NCBI GenBank assembly: GCA_000004695.1
Contig: CM000153.2
Span: 2,016,001 to 2,080,000, forward strand
Direction: 5' to 3'
DNA: 64,000 nt
Source of the DNA: Dictyostelium discoideum
Taxonomy: Eukaryota
Position numbers and translations under genes: made by a program. Each line of letters opens with the position of its first letter. Position 1 is the stretch's first letter. This document shows, piece after piece, positions 1 to 11,461 of this stretch. The notes beneath the pieces are model-generated. The model saw only the letters and a list, made by a program, of their open reading frames with translations. It was not told the DNA's origin and made no database searches.

Positions 1-356
1 GATTTGCAATTCTACCAAGTAATGTTAATTGTGGGAATTTACAAGAATTATTAATTTCTGCAATAGTTAAATCCTTATGATATGATTGTTCAACCAAGTA
101 TTGATATCTAAACATTGTTTGAAAGAATTGATTTCTAATTGGTAATTTATCATTAAAATTACGACCATAATAATTTTGTGGAGAAATTGTTAATTGATAA
201 ACATCACAAAACATACTACTCATTGTATTCATTTCCATATCTTCCCAATTAACTAATGGTAATACTAAACAACCAATAAATTGTGATGGCCAAATACTTT
301 TAAATAAAATATTAATTGTATTATCAATTTTAAAATAATATGTTAATATCTATTAT

Positions 357-407
<51 letters not shown>

Positions 408-1626
408 TAATAATTTATTTTATTTTATTTATTTATTTATTTAATTATTTATTATATGTTTATACATACACATAAAATTTTTGAAATTAAAATTGATAAT
501 CTTATCATATTCTTTGAAATTGATAAAGTTAAACCATTTTGAAGTGGTGTATATAATTTATCAATTATATTTAAATTTCCAAAGTCATTACTATTGATGG
601 TATTTAATTTTGTGAAATCAATTTGTAATAAAAGATTTACATATTGTGTTTCTGTTAATATTCTATTATTATTTGGATTAAATAATTTAATTAACCAATC
701 CTTTTTGAAAATATCAAATAAACTTGGATGAATTAATGTATATCCCCATTCTAAAAAATCTGGATCTAAATTATCTTTTAATGATTTTGTAAAGTTTTCA
801 ATCTCTTTATTGATAACACTATCTTCACTATGATGATGATGGTCATTACTACCAATATCTATTGATTCAACACTTAATAAATCATTAAATAATGTCATAC
901 CTCTAACTCTTTGTACTGGTGCTCTACCTCCCCCCTCAATTATTTCACCATTTTCTATTAGCTCAGCATATTTAAATAAATACATTGATAATTGATTTAC
1001 AATAGTTTGTAAATTATCTGGTAATGTAAGTTGTTTAAATATTTTAATTACTGATTCTAAAATTATTATTATATTTTGTAATGATTCTAAATTTGGTTTT
1101 ACATATTGTTGTTGTGATTGTGATTGTGATTGTGATTGTTGTGAATTATTAAATGATAATGATTGTTTTAAATTATCAATATCAATAAATTTATAGATAT
1201 AATAATTTAAACGATGTTGATTTAAAGTTTGTGTAAAGAAACTTGCAATAACTTCAGTGGTATTATAAGAGTGATTTTGAGTAAAGATTGAAGCCAATTG
1301 TTTTGCAACATTTTCATTAATAGTATAATATTGATTTGAAATCGTATGTTTCAATAATGAACCACATGGACAATAATCTTGAACTTCTACAGGTACATCA
1401 TTAAATCTCCATAGGTTTTTATATAGATCTCTAATCTCTACTTCATTCTTTAATTTCTCTGATTGAATTGCACTCTGAATCACTGTAGAATCTAATAATT
1501 CCATTAATAATCCTTCAAACTTTTCAACATAAAATCTATTCTCTTCAATATTATGAATTTCATTTAAAATTTGTTGTTTTTCTTTTTCTTGTTGTTGATA
1601 TTGTTGTTGTTGTTGTTGTTGTGGAT

Positions 1627-1658
<32 letters not shown>

Positions 1659-1917
1659 CGTTGTTGTTGTGAATTTGATGATGGTGATAATAAAGACTCT
1701 ATATCATCAAATGGATTAAAGTGATTGAAATGTTGTGTTTGTGTTTGTTGTGGTTGTAGTTGTGTCTGTTGTGTCTGTTGTGTCTGTTGTGGTTGTGTTT
1801 GTTGTGGACTTAAAAATCCATTAAAAAATGCATTTGCTTCTGTAATATTATTGGTTTGTCCTGCATTTGAAGTTGTGGTTGTTGTAGTTGTTGTAGTTAG
1901 GTTTGTTTGGTTTGTAC

Positions 1918-1948
<31 letters not shown>

Positions 1949-1993
1949 GCCCTTATTATTAGGGCTATATGGATCAAAGTCGAATAGATCCAT
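1..1993 (-). CDS. Poly-Q/poly-N-rich protein of unknown function (partial; C-terminal part runs off the window start). Exon 1 470..1993 (ATG at 1993), intron 350..469 (GTATGT donor, contains A44 run), exon 2 1..349
   Basis: ORF 452..1993 (-) read by hand. The listed stop lies inside a GTATGT intron (donor directly after ...SKILC). The frame re-opens at acceptor TAATAG|ATA (plus 349) and stays open to position 1 (ILTYYFKIDNTINILFKSIWPSQFIGCLVLPLVNWEDMEMNT...). Moderate-GC coding composition against an AT-rich intron. Confidence 0.55.
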
Positions 1994-2068
1994 TTCTCTG
2001 TTTTGTTAATGGAAAAAAAAAAAAAAAAAAAATGAAAAAAAAAAAAAAAAATAATTAAAAAAAATTTT

Positions 2069-2141
<73 letters not shown>

Positions 2142-2522
2142 AAAAAAGAAAAAAAAAAGAAAATAAAAAAAATTTAATTTAATTTAAAAAAAAATGGGTT
2201 GGGACTGGGTAAAACAAAAAAATTATTAGGTGCTAAATATCAATACTGTTACAACGACGTTTTTTCAAATAAGAACATTATTAAAAAATGAATAATTTTT
2301 TTTTTTTTTTTTTTTAGTTTTTTTTTTTTATTTAATAATCATTATTTTATTTTTCTTATTTGTTGAAACTCTTTTTCCTTTTTTTTTGTTTTATTTTATT
2401 TTTTATTTTTATTTTTATTTTTTTTTTTTTTTTTTTTTTTTTTTTGATTGTAAAAAATTTTATTAGGTTTTAATAAAATAAAATTTCTCATCTAGATGAA
2501 AAGCAAATCTTAAAAAAAAAAA

Positions 2523-2568
2523 AAAGATATTTTTATTATAAAAAAAAAGACCATGCTCCAAAAATAAA

Positions 2569-2608
<40 letters not shown>

Positions 2609-2667
2609 GGTGTAATTTTTTTTTTTTTTTTTTTTTTGGTCTTTTTTTTTATAATAAAAATATCTTT
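2523..2667. repeat. Perfect 30-bp inverted repeat (AAGATATTTTTATTATAAAAAAAAAGACCA / TGGTCTTTTTTTTTATAATAAAAATATCTT) flanking an A-run/T-run spacer, 50 bp upstream of the ankyrin-like gene ATG
   Basis: Arms at 2523..2552 and 2638..2667 are exact reverse complements. The spacer is itself quasi-palindromic (poly-A then poly-T). Confidence 0.8.
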
Positions 2668-2713
2668 TTTTTTTTTTATTTGTATTTAAACCACCCATCA
2701 AAAAAAAAAAAAA

Positions 2714-4655
2714 ATGACAAATAATAAAAACGAAAATGAAAGTAATAATCAATTGGAATCAAGACATACAAAAAAAAAACAAAAAACTAATCACAATGAA
2801 ACAAAAGAAACAATTGATGTTATAATTGAAAAAACAACAACAACAATTCACAACTTAGAAAACCTCAATATAGAAGAATTGAATAAATTTAAACAAATTG
2901 AATTATTAGAAATTGTAAAATCATTTTCAAAGAAAACTAATAATAGAAAAAAGAAATCAGAATTAATTGAAATTTTAAAAGAAGAGATTGAGAATCGTAA
3001 ACTATTAATACAAGAAAATGAAAATAAAATTAAAAATAATAACCCATTTAATAAAAACTTTAAAGAATTATTAATAAAAGATGTTGATAATAATGAATTA
3101 TTATTTTGGAAAATTTTTAGAAATAAAGTTTTATTTAAAAATATAATATCAAAATTTGAATTTAAACATTTTTCACAAAATTATGATTCAATGATATCAA
3201 TTCATAATTTACTAGCAAATGATAAAATTTCAATTGTAAAAGATAAAGTAAACAATAATAGTAAATACCTTGTATTTACTCCATCATCATATGGTACAAA
3301 TGGTACATCAACTACAATAACAACAACAAATCTTTATCAAACTTTTAGTATTATATTTTCAAAATTTCAAACTGATGATCTTGATACTTATAATTTCTTT
3401 AAAAATTTATTTAAAAATTATGGTAATAAATTCATTGAAGAATTAAAATATATTAAATTTATAAATGGTGATGGTGATGGTAATGGTAATGATGATAGTG
3501 ATGATGATAGTGATGATGATAGTGATGATGATAGTGATGGTAATGGTAATGATGATAGTAATGATGATAGTGATGATGATAGTGATGATGATAGTGATGG
3601 TAATGGTAATGGTGATGGTAATGGTAATGATGATAGTGATGATGATAGTGATGATGATGGTGATGGTAATGGTAATGGTGATGGTAATGGTAATGATGAT
3701 AGTGATGATGATAGTGATGACGATGATAGATATTTTTGTTCAACTGATTTTATTAGGACTATGATAATTTATAATTGTGTGCCAGCAGTGAAGGTATTAA
3801 TGAATGAATTTAATTTTATTCCAACTGTTGATAATTTCTTTAAAAAAGTTGTTGGATATGGTTCATTAGAAATTTTAAAATTTTTATTAATTAATGATGA
3901 AAATCAAGAAAGAAGAAATAAATTAATTTCTCAATTGAAATCAAAAAAAAGTCATTTACAAATTTGGAGAGAAATTTCATCATCAACTTTATTTCAAGGT
4001 TTTTATGGTCCATTGAATATGAATTATAAAATAGAGAAATTTAAAACAATTTTATTTTTACTTGAAAATAATTATTTAAAAATTCCTCAAAAAAATGAAG
4101 ATTTAAATGATATTAAAGTATCATTATATTCAACTTCACCAATTACAAATTATTTATTATTAAAAGATTTAATATTAAGTTGTAAATTATTAAATCAATT
4201 ATTAAATAATAATACAAATAATAATAGTTATTATGATGAAATTATTAAAAAATTTACAAATAAACAATTAGAATCAATGTTAAAAGATTTAATTAATTGG
4301 GAACTAAATGAAAATGAAAATAAACAGATTATAAAAGATTTATTAAATTATTGGTATAGGGAAAGTGGTACTTCAAAAATTGATTATGAATTTTATTTAT
4401 GTTTTGATAAACTAGAGAATGATAAAGAAATAAGGTCAGTTCATAAAACAAACTTTATATTAGCATTACAATATGGAAATTTTGAAATTCTAATGAAATC
4501 AGTCCCAAATCAATTTGGTTTAAAGGAATTTGAAAGAACTGTAATAACATATGATATCGATATTCAACATAAACCAAATTATCTATTTACTCATTGTCAT
4601 AATAAAGAGAAACAAAAGGAGTTTATTTCATCTTGGATTCAATATATTAGTATTG

Positions 4656-4704
<49 letters not shown>

Positions 4705-5851
4705 TAGTAGTGGTGGTGGTTTTTGTTTAAATTATTATTATTATTATATTTTACTTATTTTAATTCAAAATGACGATATTGAATTATTAAAATTTTCAAT
4801 TAATAAGTTACCACTTGATAAATTAATTATAAATTTTGAAAAACATAATAATATTATAATTTCAGATTATATAAAATCAGTTGAAATGTTAGAATTCCTT
4901 TATAAAGAATATGGTTCAAATAATATTTTAAAACCTTGTTTACAAATATTTCTTTTACATCTTTCAAATTTAGAATTATTAAAATGTTTTGAAAAATTGG
5001 AAAATTTATCATCAAAAAGGAGAATTGTTTTATTAGAAGATAATGTTAAAAAATGTGTTTTCAATTTACCAATGGTTTCTCATATTATTAAAAATGTTGA
5101 AAATATTTATGAAATTAAAGAATTTGCATTTAAAGGAATATTTAATGATATTGATAATAATCATGAAAATCAAATAGATGAATTAATTAATTTATTACAA
5201 TATATAGTTAAATTTACAGATATTAAAATTAATACATTTTTAAATTATTACTATACAAACTTTATATTATTCACTAAAATACCAAATTTTAAAATTTTAA
5301 AATTTATTGATTGGTTAATTTCAATTAACTATTCAATTATTAATGATGGGTTTTTTTGTGAAAATAAATTAAAAATATTAAAATATTTAGTTGGTAGAAT
5401 TCAAGAAATTGATGAATTCTTTCCAGACAAGTGGATAAATTCAGGTGGTGGTAATATTTACCCTTTAGCTAAATTTATAGTTTTAAAATGTGATTTAGAT
5501 GCATTGGATTTAATAATGAAAGAAATTAATAATTCAAATAAAGCTATCAAAAATGATGATATATCAAATTTCATTTTCATTCTGTTAGGATTTGCATGTG
5601 AAATTGGTCAATTAAAAATTTTAGAACATATTAAATTACACCATTGTCAACTATTTAATAAGAAATCAAAAAGTGGTGGTTGGTTCTCTCAAATTCAATT
5701 AAACTCTTTAATAAATAAATCAATTATTTCAAATCATATCAATTGCACTGAATTTCTATTACAATATTCAACTATATCTCAATCACAATTTAAAAAAATT
5801 ACTGCTAAATCTGGTATTTCTTATACTTATTTTAAAAATAAAATAAAATAA
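2714..5851 (+). CDS. Large ankyrin-repeat-like protein (repeated G-x-LEIL/K-x-L motifs: GNFEILMKSV, GSLEILKFLL, GQLKILEHI) with an internal acidic (GDGNGNDDSDDDSDDD)n repeat insertion and a poly-Asn tract; Dictyostelium-specific family, function unknown
   Basis: Single 1045-aa ORF starting at ATG 2714. Ankyrin-like helix-turn motifs and N-terminal LFWKIFRNKVLFKNII signature. 9/18-bp periodic coding minisatellite 3465..3740. Confidence 0.6.
3465..3740 (+). repeat. Coding minisatellite (gatgatagtgatgatgat / ggtaatggt units) encoding a DS/GN acidic repeat inside the ankyrin-like protein
   Basis: Direct reading of 9- and 18-bp periodicity. The antisense HHYHH.. and MVMVM.. ORFs (3459..3764) are artefacts of the repeat. 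Confidence 0.8.
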
Positions 5852-6055
5852 AATGTTTTTAAAAAAAAGAAAAAAAAAAAAAGATATATTCATTTTTTTT
5901 ATTTTTTATATCATTTTGTGTATTTTTGGGAGATGAAAAATAAAATTAAATAATTGTTTAAAAAAAAAAAAGAAAATAAAAAATAAAAATAAAAAAATGA
6001 AAATTTTTTTTTTTTTTTTTTTCGTGTAAGATTTGAATGCTTTTAATCTTTTAAT

Positions 6056-6093
<38 letters not shown>

Positions 6094-6586
6094 AAAAATT
6101 ATGGACAAAAATAAAAAAAAAAAAAAAAATAATTATAATAAATAAATAAAAAAAAAAAAAAATAAATGATGAATAGTTCAAAAGTACTGAAGTATGTGAT
6201 TGTGATTAAATAATTATTTAAACACCACCACAAAATTGTGAGTTGATAAAAAAAATATTTTTACTTTTTTTTTTTTTTTTTATGTAAAAATGATAATGTA
6301 TTATTATAATAGAGTTTTGAATAATTTTTATTATTTTGTAATTTTATTCAGAGAATTTCAAAAAAAAAAAAATAATAATCTGAATGTAAAAAGAAACTTT
6401 CTTTAAATAACAAGAAATAAGTTATTATCATTTTTTTAATTTTGTTTTTTTTAATAAAAAATGATAAATACACATACAAAAATTAAAGTATAAATAAGAA
6501 TGAAAATTATAATTTTTAATCATTAAATATTCAAACAAAAAAATAATAAACAAGCAAATAATTATATTTTTAAAAAAAAAAAAAAA

Positions 6587-7366
6587 ATGAAATCAATTAG
6601 TATAGTATCTTTATTAATTTTATATTGTATAATAAGTTGTGGTAATGTTGTTGTAAATGCAATAAATGGTCAAGTAACATATTATAATGATCAGGGCTAT
6701 GGCTCCTGTGGTACTTTGATTGATGCAAATACCCAATTTTTAGCAGCAGTTCCACCAGGATTTTGGACAACAACAAATCCAAATTTAGATCCAGTTTGTG
6801 GTAAACAAGTAAAATTAACATATAATGGTAATTCAATTACACTTCCAGTACGTGATAAATGCCCAGGTTGTCCAAATAATAATATTGATATTAGTGCTCC
6901 TGCATTTATTCAATTAATTGGTAGTCTTGGACCTGGTAGAGTTAGTGTAACTTGGGAATTTGTAGGTAGTAGTTCAAGTGGTGGTAGCACAACCGGAACA
7001 GTTTCAACAACAAATGGTAATAGTGGTACTTGTCCAAGAAAAGCATCAGTTAGTGTAGGTCAAGGCTGTTATGATGTATGGGTATCAAAATGTAACAATG
7101 CTTGGGATGAGAACCAATTATACGCTGCTAATCCAGGTGTATCATGTACTTCTCTTCAAGTTGGTCAACAATTATGTTGTGGTGGTAGTACAACTGGTGG
7201 TAGTGTTACTTGTTCAAGAAAAGCATCAGTTAGTGCAGGTCAAGGTTGTTATGATGTATGGGTATCAAAATGTAATAATGCTTGGAATGAGAACCAATTC
7301 TTTGCTGCAAATCCAGGTGTTTTTTGTACTGATCTTCAAGTTGGTCAACAATTATGTTGTAATTAA
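6587..7366 (+). CDS. Secreted DPBB (double-psi beta-barrel; expansin/RlpA/barwin-like) domain protein with Ser/Thr/Gly linker and two C-terminal ~50-aa Cys-rich repeats; tandem paralogue 1
   Basis: Signal peptide MKSISIVSLLILYCIISCGNVVVNA. Motif GQVTYYNDQGYGSCG...CGKQVKLTYNG...RDKCPGCP is the expansin/RlpA-type DPBB signature (TYY..G.GACG). Two copies of C-x5-VS-x-GQGCYDVWVSKCNNAW(D/N)ENQ-x-(Y/F)AANPGV-x-CT-x-LQVGQQLCC. Confidence 0.65.
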   Translation: MKSISIVSLLILYCIISCGNVVVNAINGQVTYYNDQGYGSCGTLIDANTQFLAAVPPGFWTTTNPNLDPVCGKQVKLTYNGNSITLPVRDKCPGCPNNNIDISAPAFIQLIGSLGPGRVSVTWEFVGSSSSGGSTTGTVSTTNGNSGTCPRKASVSVGQGCYDVWVSKCNNAWDENQLYAANPGVSCTSLQVGQQLCCGGSTTGGSVTCSRKASVSAGQGCYDVWVSKCNNAWNENQFFAANPGVFCTDLQVGQQLCCN

Positions 7367-8270
7367 TCAATCATTAATCATTTTCAATAATATTCTAAAA
7401 CTATAATTATTTATTTATTTAAAACTTTTATTTATTAATAAATGTAAATTTATTTTTTATTTCAAATTTTTAAAAAAACTGTTAATTTCTTTTTAATGGT
7501 TGAAAAGTTGTTATTTTTTTTTTTTTAATTAAAATTATTTGAACATTAAAAAAGAAATTCAAATTTCTTCGATTTTTTTATTTAGATTTAAATTATTTTT
7601 TTTTTAATTTTTTTTTTTTTAAAAAATCGAAATGTCAAAACCAAAAAAGAATGCGTGCGACGTGGCTTTTTTTTTTAATTATTATAATAATGAATCATTT
7701 TTAAGATTCACCCGAATGGTGAGAATAGTGAATTTAAATTTCGTACACAGTTATATAAGGTTGGATATTTTAAAGTCTTTTTTGTTTGTCTATGGACTAG
7801 ATATTTTTTTTTTTTTTAATAAAATAATGTCTTTTTATTAAATAAAAAAAAAAAAAATTTCCTTAATTCGTGATTGGTTAAAATAATTTATGATTAGATC
7901 TTATTGGGGGGTTCGGATAATTATTATTTTTGAATTCAAAAATAAAAAAATTAAAAAAAATTAATAAATTCAACGGTTTATAATAATAATAATGATGTTG
8001 ATGACTTCTGGTCTTGTTCTTTTTTTTTTTTTGAAAAAATCTTATTTTTCTAATAATGTAATTTTTGCTACCTCTTAAAAAAACTATAGATCTAATTCTT
8101 TATGGTATTAGGATCTATGCCTGATATTTAATTTTTTTATAATAATAATAGTTTATTGTTAAATTTTTGTTTAAATAGCAATTTAATTTTTTTTTTTATA
8201 AATCATTAAAATCATAAATTAAAAAACAAATAAAAAAAAAATAAATAAATATATATATAAAAAAAATAAA

Positions 8271-9047
8271 ATGAAATTAATTTTAAGTTTATTAACTTTA
8301 TCAATTTTATATTGTGCTAATACTGTAAATGCAATTAGTGGTCAAGTAACATATTATAATGATGTAGGTTATGGCGCCTGTGGTACTGCTATTGATGCAA
8401 ATACACAATTTTTAGCAGCAGTTCCACCAGCTTATTGGACTACAGCAAATCCAAATTTAGATCCAGTTTGTGGTAAACAAGTAAAATTAACATATAATGG
8501 TAATTCAATTACACTTCCAGTACGTGATAAATGCCCAGGTTGTCCAACTAATAATATTGATATTAGTGCTCCTGCATTTACTCAATTAGTAGGTAGTCTT
8601 GGACCTGGTAGAGTTAGTGTAACTTGGGAATTCCTTGGTGGTAGTTCAAGTGGTGGTACAACAGGTACAGTTTCAACAACAACTGGTGGTAGTGGTACTT
8701 GTCCAAGAACTGCAACAGTTAGTGCAGGTCAAGGCTGTTATGACGTATGGGTATCAAATTGTAATAATGCTTGGGATGAGAACCAATTCTACGCTGCTAA
8801 TCCAGGTGTATCATGTACTGCTCTTCAAGTTGGTCAAAAATTATGTTGTGGTGGTACATCATCATCATCTTCAACAACTGGTAGTGCTTCTTGTTCAAGA
8901 AAAGGTACTGTTGATGCAGGTCAAGGTTGTTATGATGTATGGGTATCAAAATGTAATAATGCATGGAATGAGAATCAATTCTATGCTGCAAATCCAGGTG
9001 TTGTTTGTACTGATCTTCAAGTTGGCCAACAATTATGTTGTAATTAA
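8271..9047 (+). CDS. Secreted DPBB-domain protein with two Cys-rich repeats; tandem paralogue 2 (~85% identical to 6587..7366)
   Basis: 258-aa ORF with signal peptide MKLILSLLTLSILYCANTVNA. Same domain order and near-identical mature sequence. Confidence 0.65.
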   Translation: MKLILSLLTLSILYCANTVNAISGQVTYYNDVGYGACGTAIDANTQFLAAVPPAYWTTANPNLDPVCGKQVKLTYNGNSITLPVRDKCPGCPTNNIDISAPAFTQLVGSLGPGRVSVTWEFLGGSSSGGTTGTVSTTTGGSGTCPRTATVSAGQGCYDVWVSNCNNAWDENQFYAANPGVSCTALQVGQKLCCGGTSSSSSTTGSASCSRKGTVDAGQGCYDVWVSKCNNAWNENQFYAANPGVVCTDLQVGQQLCCN

Positions 9048-9135
9048 TAATTTCAAATTAATAATTGATGAATATTATTAAGATAAAATAAAAACAATAT
9101 TTTTTGATAGCAAAGGGTTAATGATGTAAGATTTT

Positions 9136-9173
<38 letters not shown>

Positions 9174-9453
9174 CAAAAATATTAAGAGAGAGTGGTTGAT
9201 ATAGTACTATATCATAAATTAATTTCAATGGTAATCATACCCCAAACATTATTATTAATGTTAATGGGGTGTTTAAATTATTGATTTAAAATTGATATTA
9301 TATCTGTTATTCATTTAAAATTAATTTTTTAAAACTAGAGAATTAATTTATTTAGTTTTTAAAATAAGTATAAAAAATACCAGATTTAGCAGTAATTTTT
9401 TTTTCTGCAACAAAACCCATTTTAATTATTTTTTTATTTTATGTGTTTCTGAA

Positions 9454-9497
<44 letters not shown>

Positions 9498-10184
9498 ATT
9501 AACTATTTAAAGGGGTTAAAATAATAGTGATATTCTCAAAATACTTCAAAGACGATTTTATTGTTATTTTTATAACACTCTTTAGAAAGGTATTATAATT
9601 TATATGATTTTTTTTTTTATTCAAAGATTTTTTTTTTTTTTTTTTTTAATACTAACCATTTTTAATAAACAAATATTAATAAAAAAGATTAAATAAAAAA
9701 AAATAAAAAAAAAATTCAACTTTTGAGAAATGAAAGAGAAATTTCTAAAGCATTATTTAAAATGATTTTTAGATCAGTACCAACAATTACAATAAATAAT
9801 AAAAAGTTTAAATTTTTAAAAGATGGTCAATTTGATTTTATTGATATATCTTATAAATGTGGAATTGATAAAAAAACTAAATACATTCGAAATGTAAGTC
9901 AACCATTTCTAAATTCAATAAAACAAAAAGAATTTTTATTTACATTAATATTTTATTAGAAACTATCAGATATATTAATAAACACATAGATTGTGTCGTT
10001 ATCCACAAAGGTTGCAAATTGGAGTATTTCTATGAATTTTATGAAAACTTTAGAGGTTTTTTCAAGGTTTTTTATTATAATAGAAACATAATTATTACCT
10101 CTATTCCGGGTATCGCTCGTTTTACAGCTGGATTATGGTTTAACACTGCCACTTGTAAATATTCAGAATTTGGCCATAATATAG

Positions 10185-10728
10185 TTATATCACCACAACG
10201 TTCCAGGCATTAGGCTAGTACTCTTTGTCATAGTAGGTGCAAGAGATCCGATCAATGGTTCATGGAATGGGTTTGCCTTTAATAGGTCAGTTAGCATTCA
10301 ATATCCAACTGCTGCAATTTCATTTGGTACGAGAGCGTCCACCATCAGAAATGAAAATAAAGTTTTAAATCTTACAGGAAACCAATCACAACTCAGTGGT
10401 TCCACTTCAACAAACAACAAACAACAAGCCAATTTAATTCCAAATAATCCACCATTCTTTATTACTGTAAGTGTGTGTTTGATAACAAATCACTTTTATT
10501 TATTGATCATTTTTTTATTAACTAAATTGATATTAAACAACTTTAATATTACCAAAAATTAGATTCCATCAGCTATCCTCTTAAGTGGAGTTGAACCTAT
10601 TAAAATTGATCCCCAACCCCAAAATTTCGTATTTGATCTTTTTCTTTTGAAAAATAGAATAGATATACTTCCAAATTTCTTTCAAAGTGGCCATAATATT
10701 TACATTGAACCCAATTAAAAATAAAAAA
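10185..10728 (+). CDS. Candidate small unannotated gene: exon ~10185..10468 (PGIRLVLFVIVGARDPINGSWNGFAFNRSVSIQYPTAAISFGTRASTIRNENKVLNLTGNQSQLSGSTSTNNKQQANLIPNNPPFFIT), GTAAGT intron 10469..~10569, exon ~10570..10728 (..ILLSGVEPIKIDPQPQNFVFDLFLLKNRIDILPNFFQSGHNIYIEPN*); start not found
   Basis: Moderate-GC island in a 2.3-kb stretch with no other gene. Open frame interrupted by a canonical GTAAGT...AG AT-rich intron. No ATG for the first exon (a further upstream exon may exist around ORF 10019..10213). No homology recognised. Confidence 0.2.
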
Positions 10729-10752
10729 AATAATAATAAAAATAAAAATAAA

Positions 10753-10783
<31 letters not shown>

Positions 10784-11106
10784 ACAAATATAATTATGCT
10801 ATTATACTAAACAAATTTTAATCAAAAAAAATAATTAAAATAAAATATTATAAAATAAAATAAAATGATTAGATTCATTTTTTATTTTCTATATCATTTT
10901 TGGTATATTCCAGAGCTCTCAATTTTGAAAAATTAAAATTTTTTTTTTTTTTTTTTTTTTGTGTGTCAGATTCGAATGTTAATACAAAAAAAAAAAAAAA
11001 GATAATAATAAATATCATCAATAAATAAACAATTAAATTATATATTCAAATGAAAATAAAAAAATAAATGATGACGTTGAAATTAAGATATTTTTTGGAA
11101 ACGATA

Positions 11107-11149
<43 letters not shown>

Positions 11150-11372
11150 TTTTTTTTTTTTAATTTTTTTGAATTTTAAAAAAAAAAAAAAATAAAAAAA
11201 ATTGAAATTTTTTTCACCTTAAACAGTGTTTATATATTTAATTTTAGTTTTTTTTATTTTATTTTATTTTTTATTTTTTTTGTAAAAAAACTAAAAACAT
11301 AATTAAATTAGATTACTATATATATATATATGTATAATATATGAATAAAAAAATATTATTAAAAACATATTA

Positions 11373-11425
<53 letters not shown>

Positions 11426-11461
11426 TTATTATTTATATATATTTATAAATAAATAATAAAA

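Noticed and set aside
1725-2009. 94-aa Cys/Val-rich ORF on the plus strand
   Set aside because: Antisense of the (CAA)n poly-Gln region of the 470..1993 gene. Low complexity.
3459-3764. ORFs encoding HHYHHHY.. (minus) and MVMVMV.. (plus)
   Set aside because: Alternative-frame and antisense readings of the coding minisatellite inside the ankyrin-like gene. The sense frame encodes the acidic DS/GN repeat and is continuous with the flanking protein.
7880-7925. GGGGGGTTCGGATAATT resembling a tRNA B-box (GGTTCGAATCC), considered as a tRNA gene or TRE retroelement target
   Set aside because: No A-box, no acceptor-stem complementarity and the upstream 70 nt are >85% AT. Not a tRNA. No TRE-like ORFs nearby.
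7071-9081. ORFs 7071..7406, 8635..9081 (+) and 6597..6836, 8797..8991 (-) overlapping the DPBB genes
   Set aside because: Out-of-frame or antisense ORFs within clearly recognisable coding sequence. Skewed amino-acid composition (V/Q/H-rich) and no start context.
10019-10213. 64-aa ORF MEYFYEFYENFRGFF...
   Set aside because: Unusual composition and no clear splice into the downstream candidate exons. Kept only as a possible upstream exon of the low-confidence 10185..10728 candidate.
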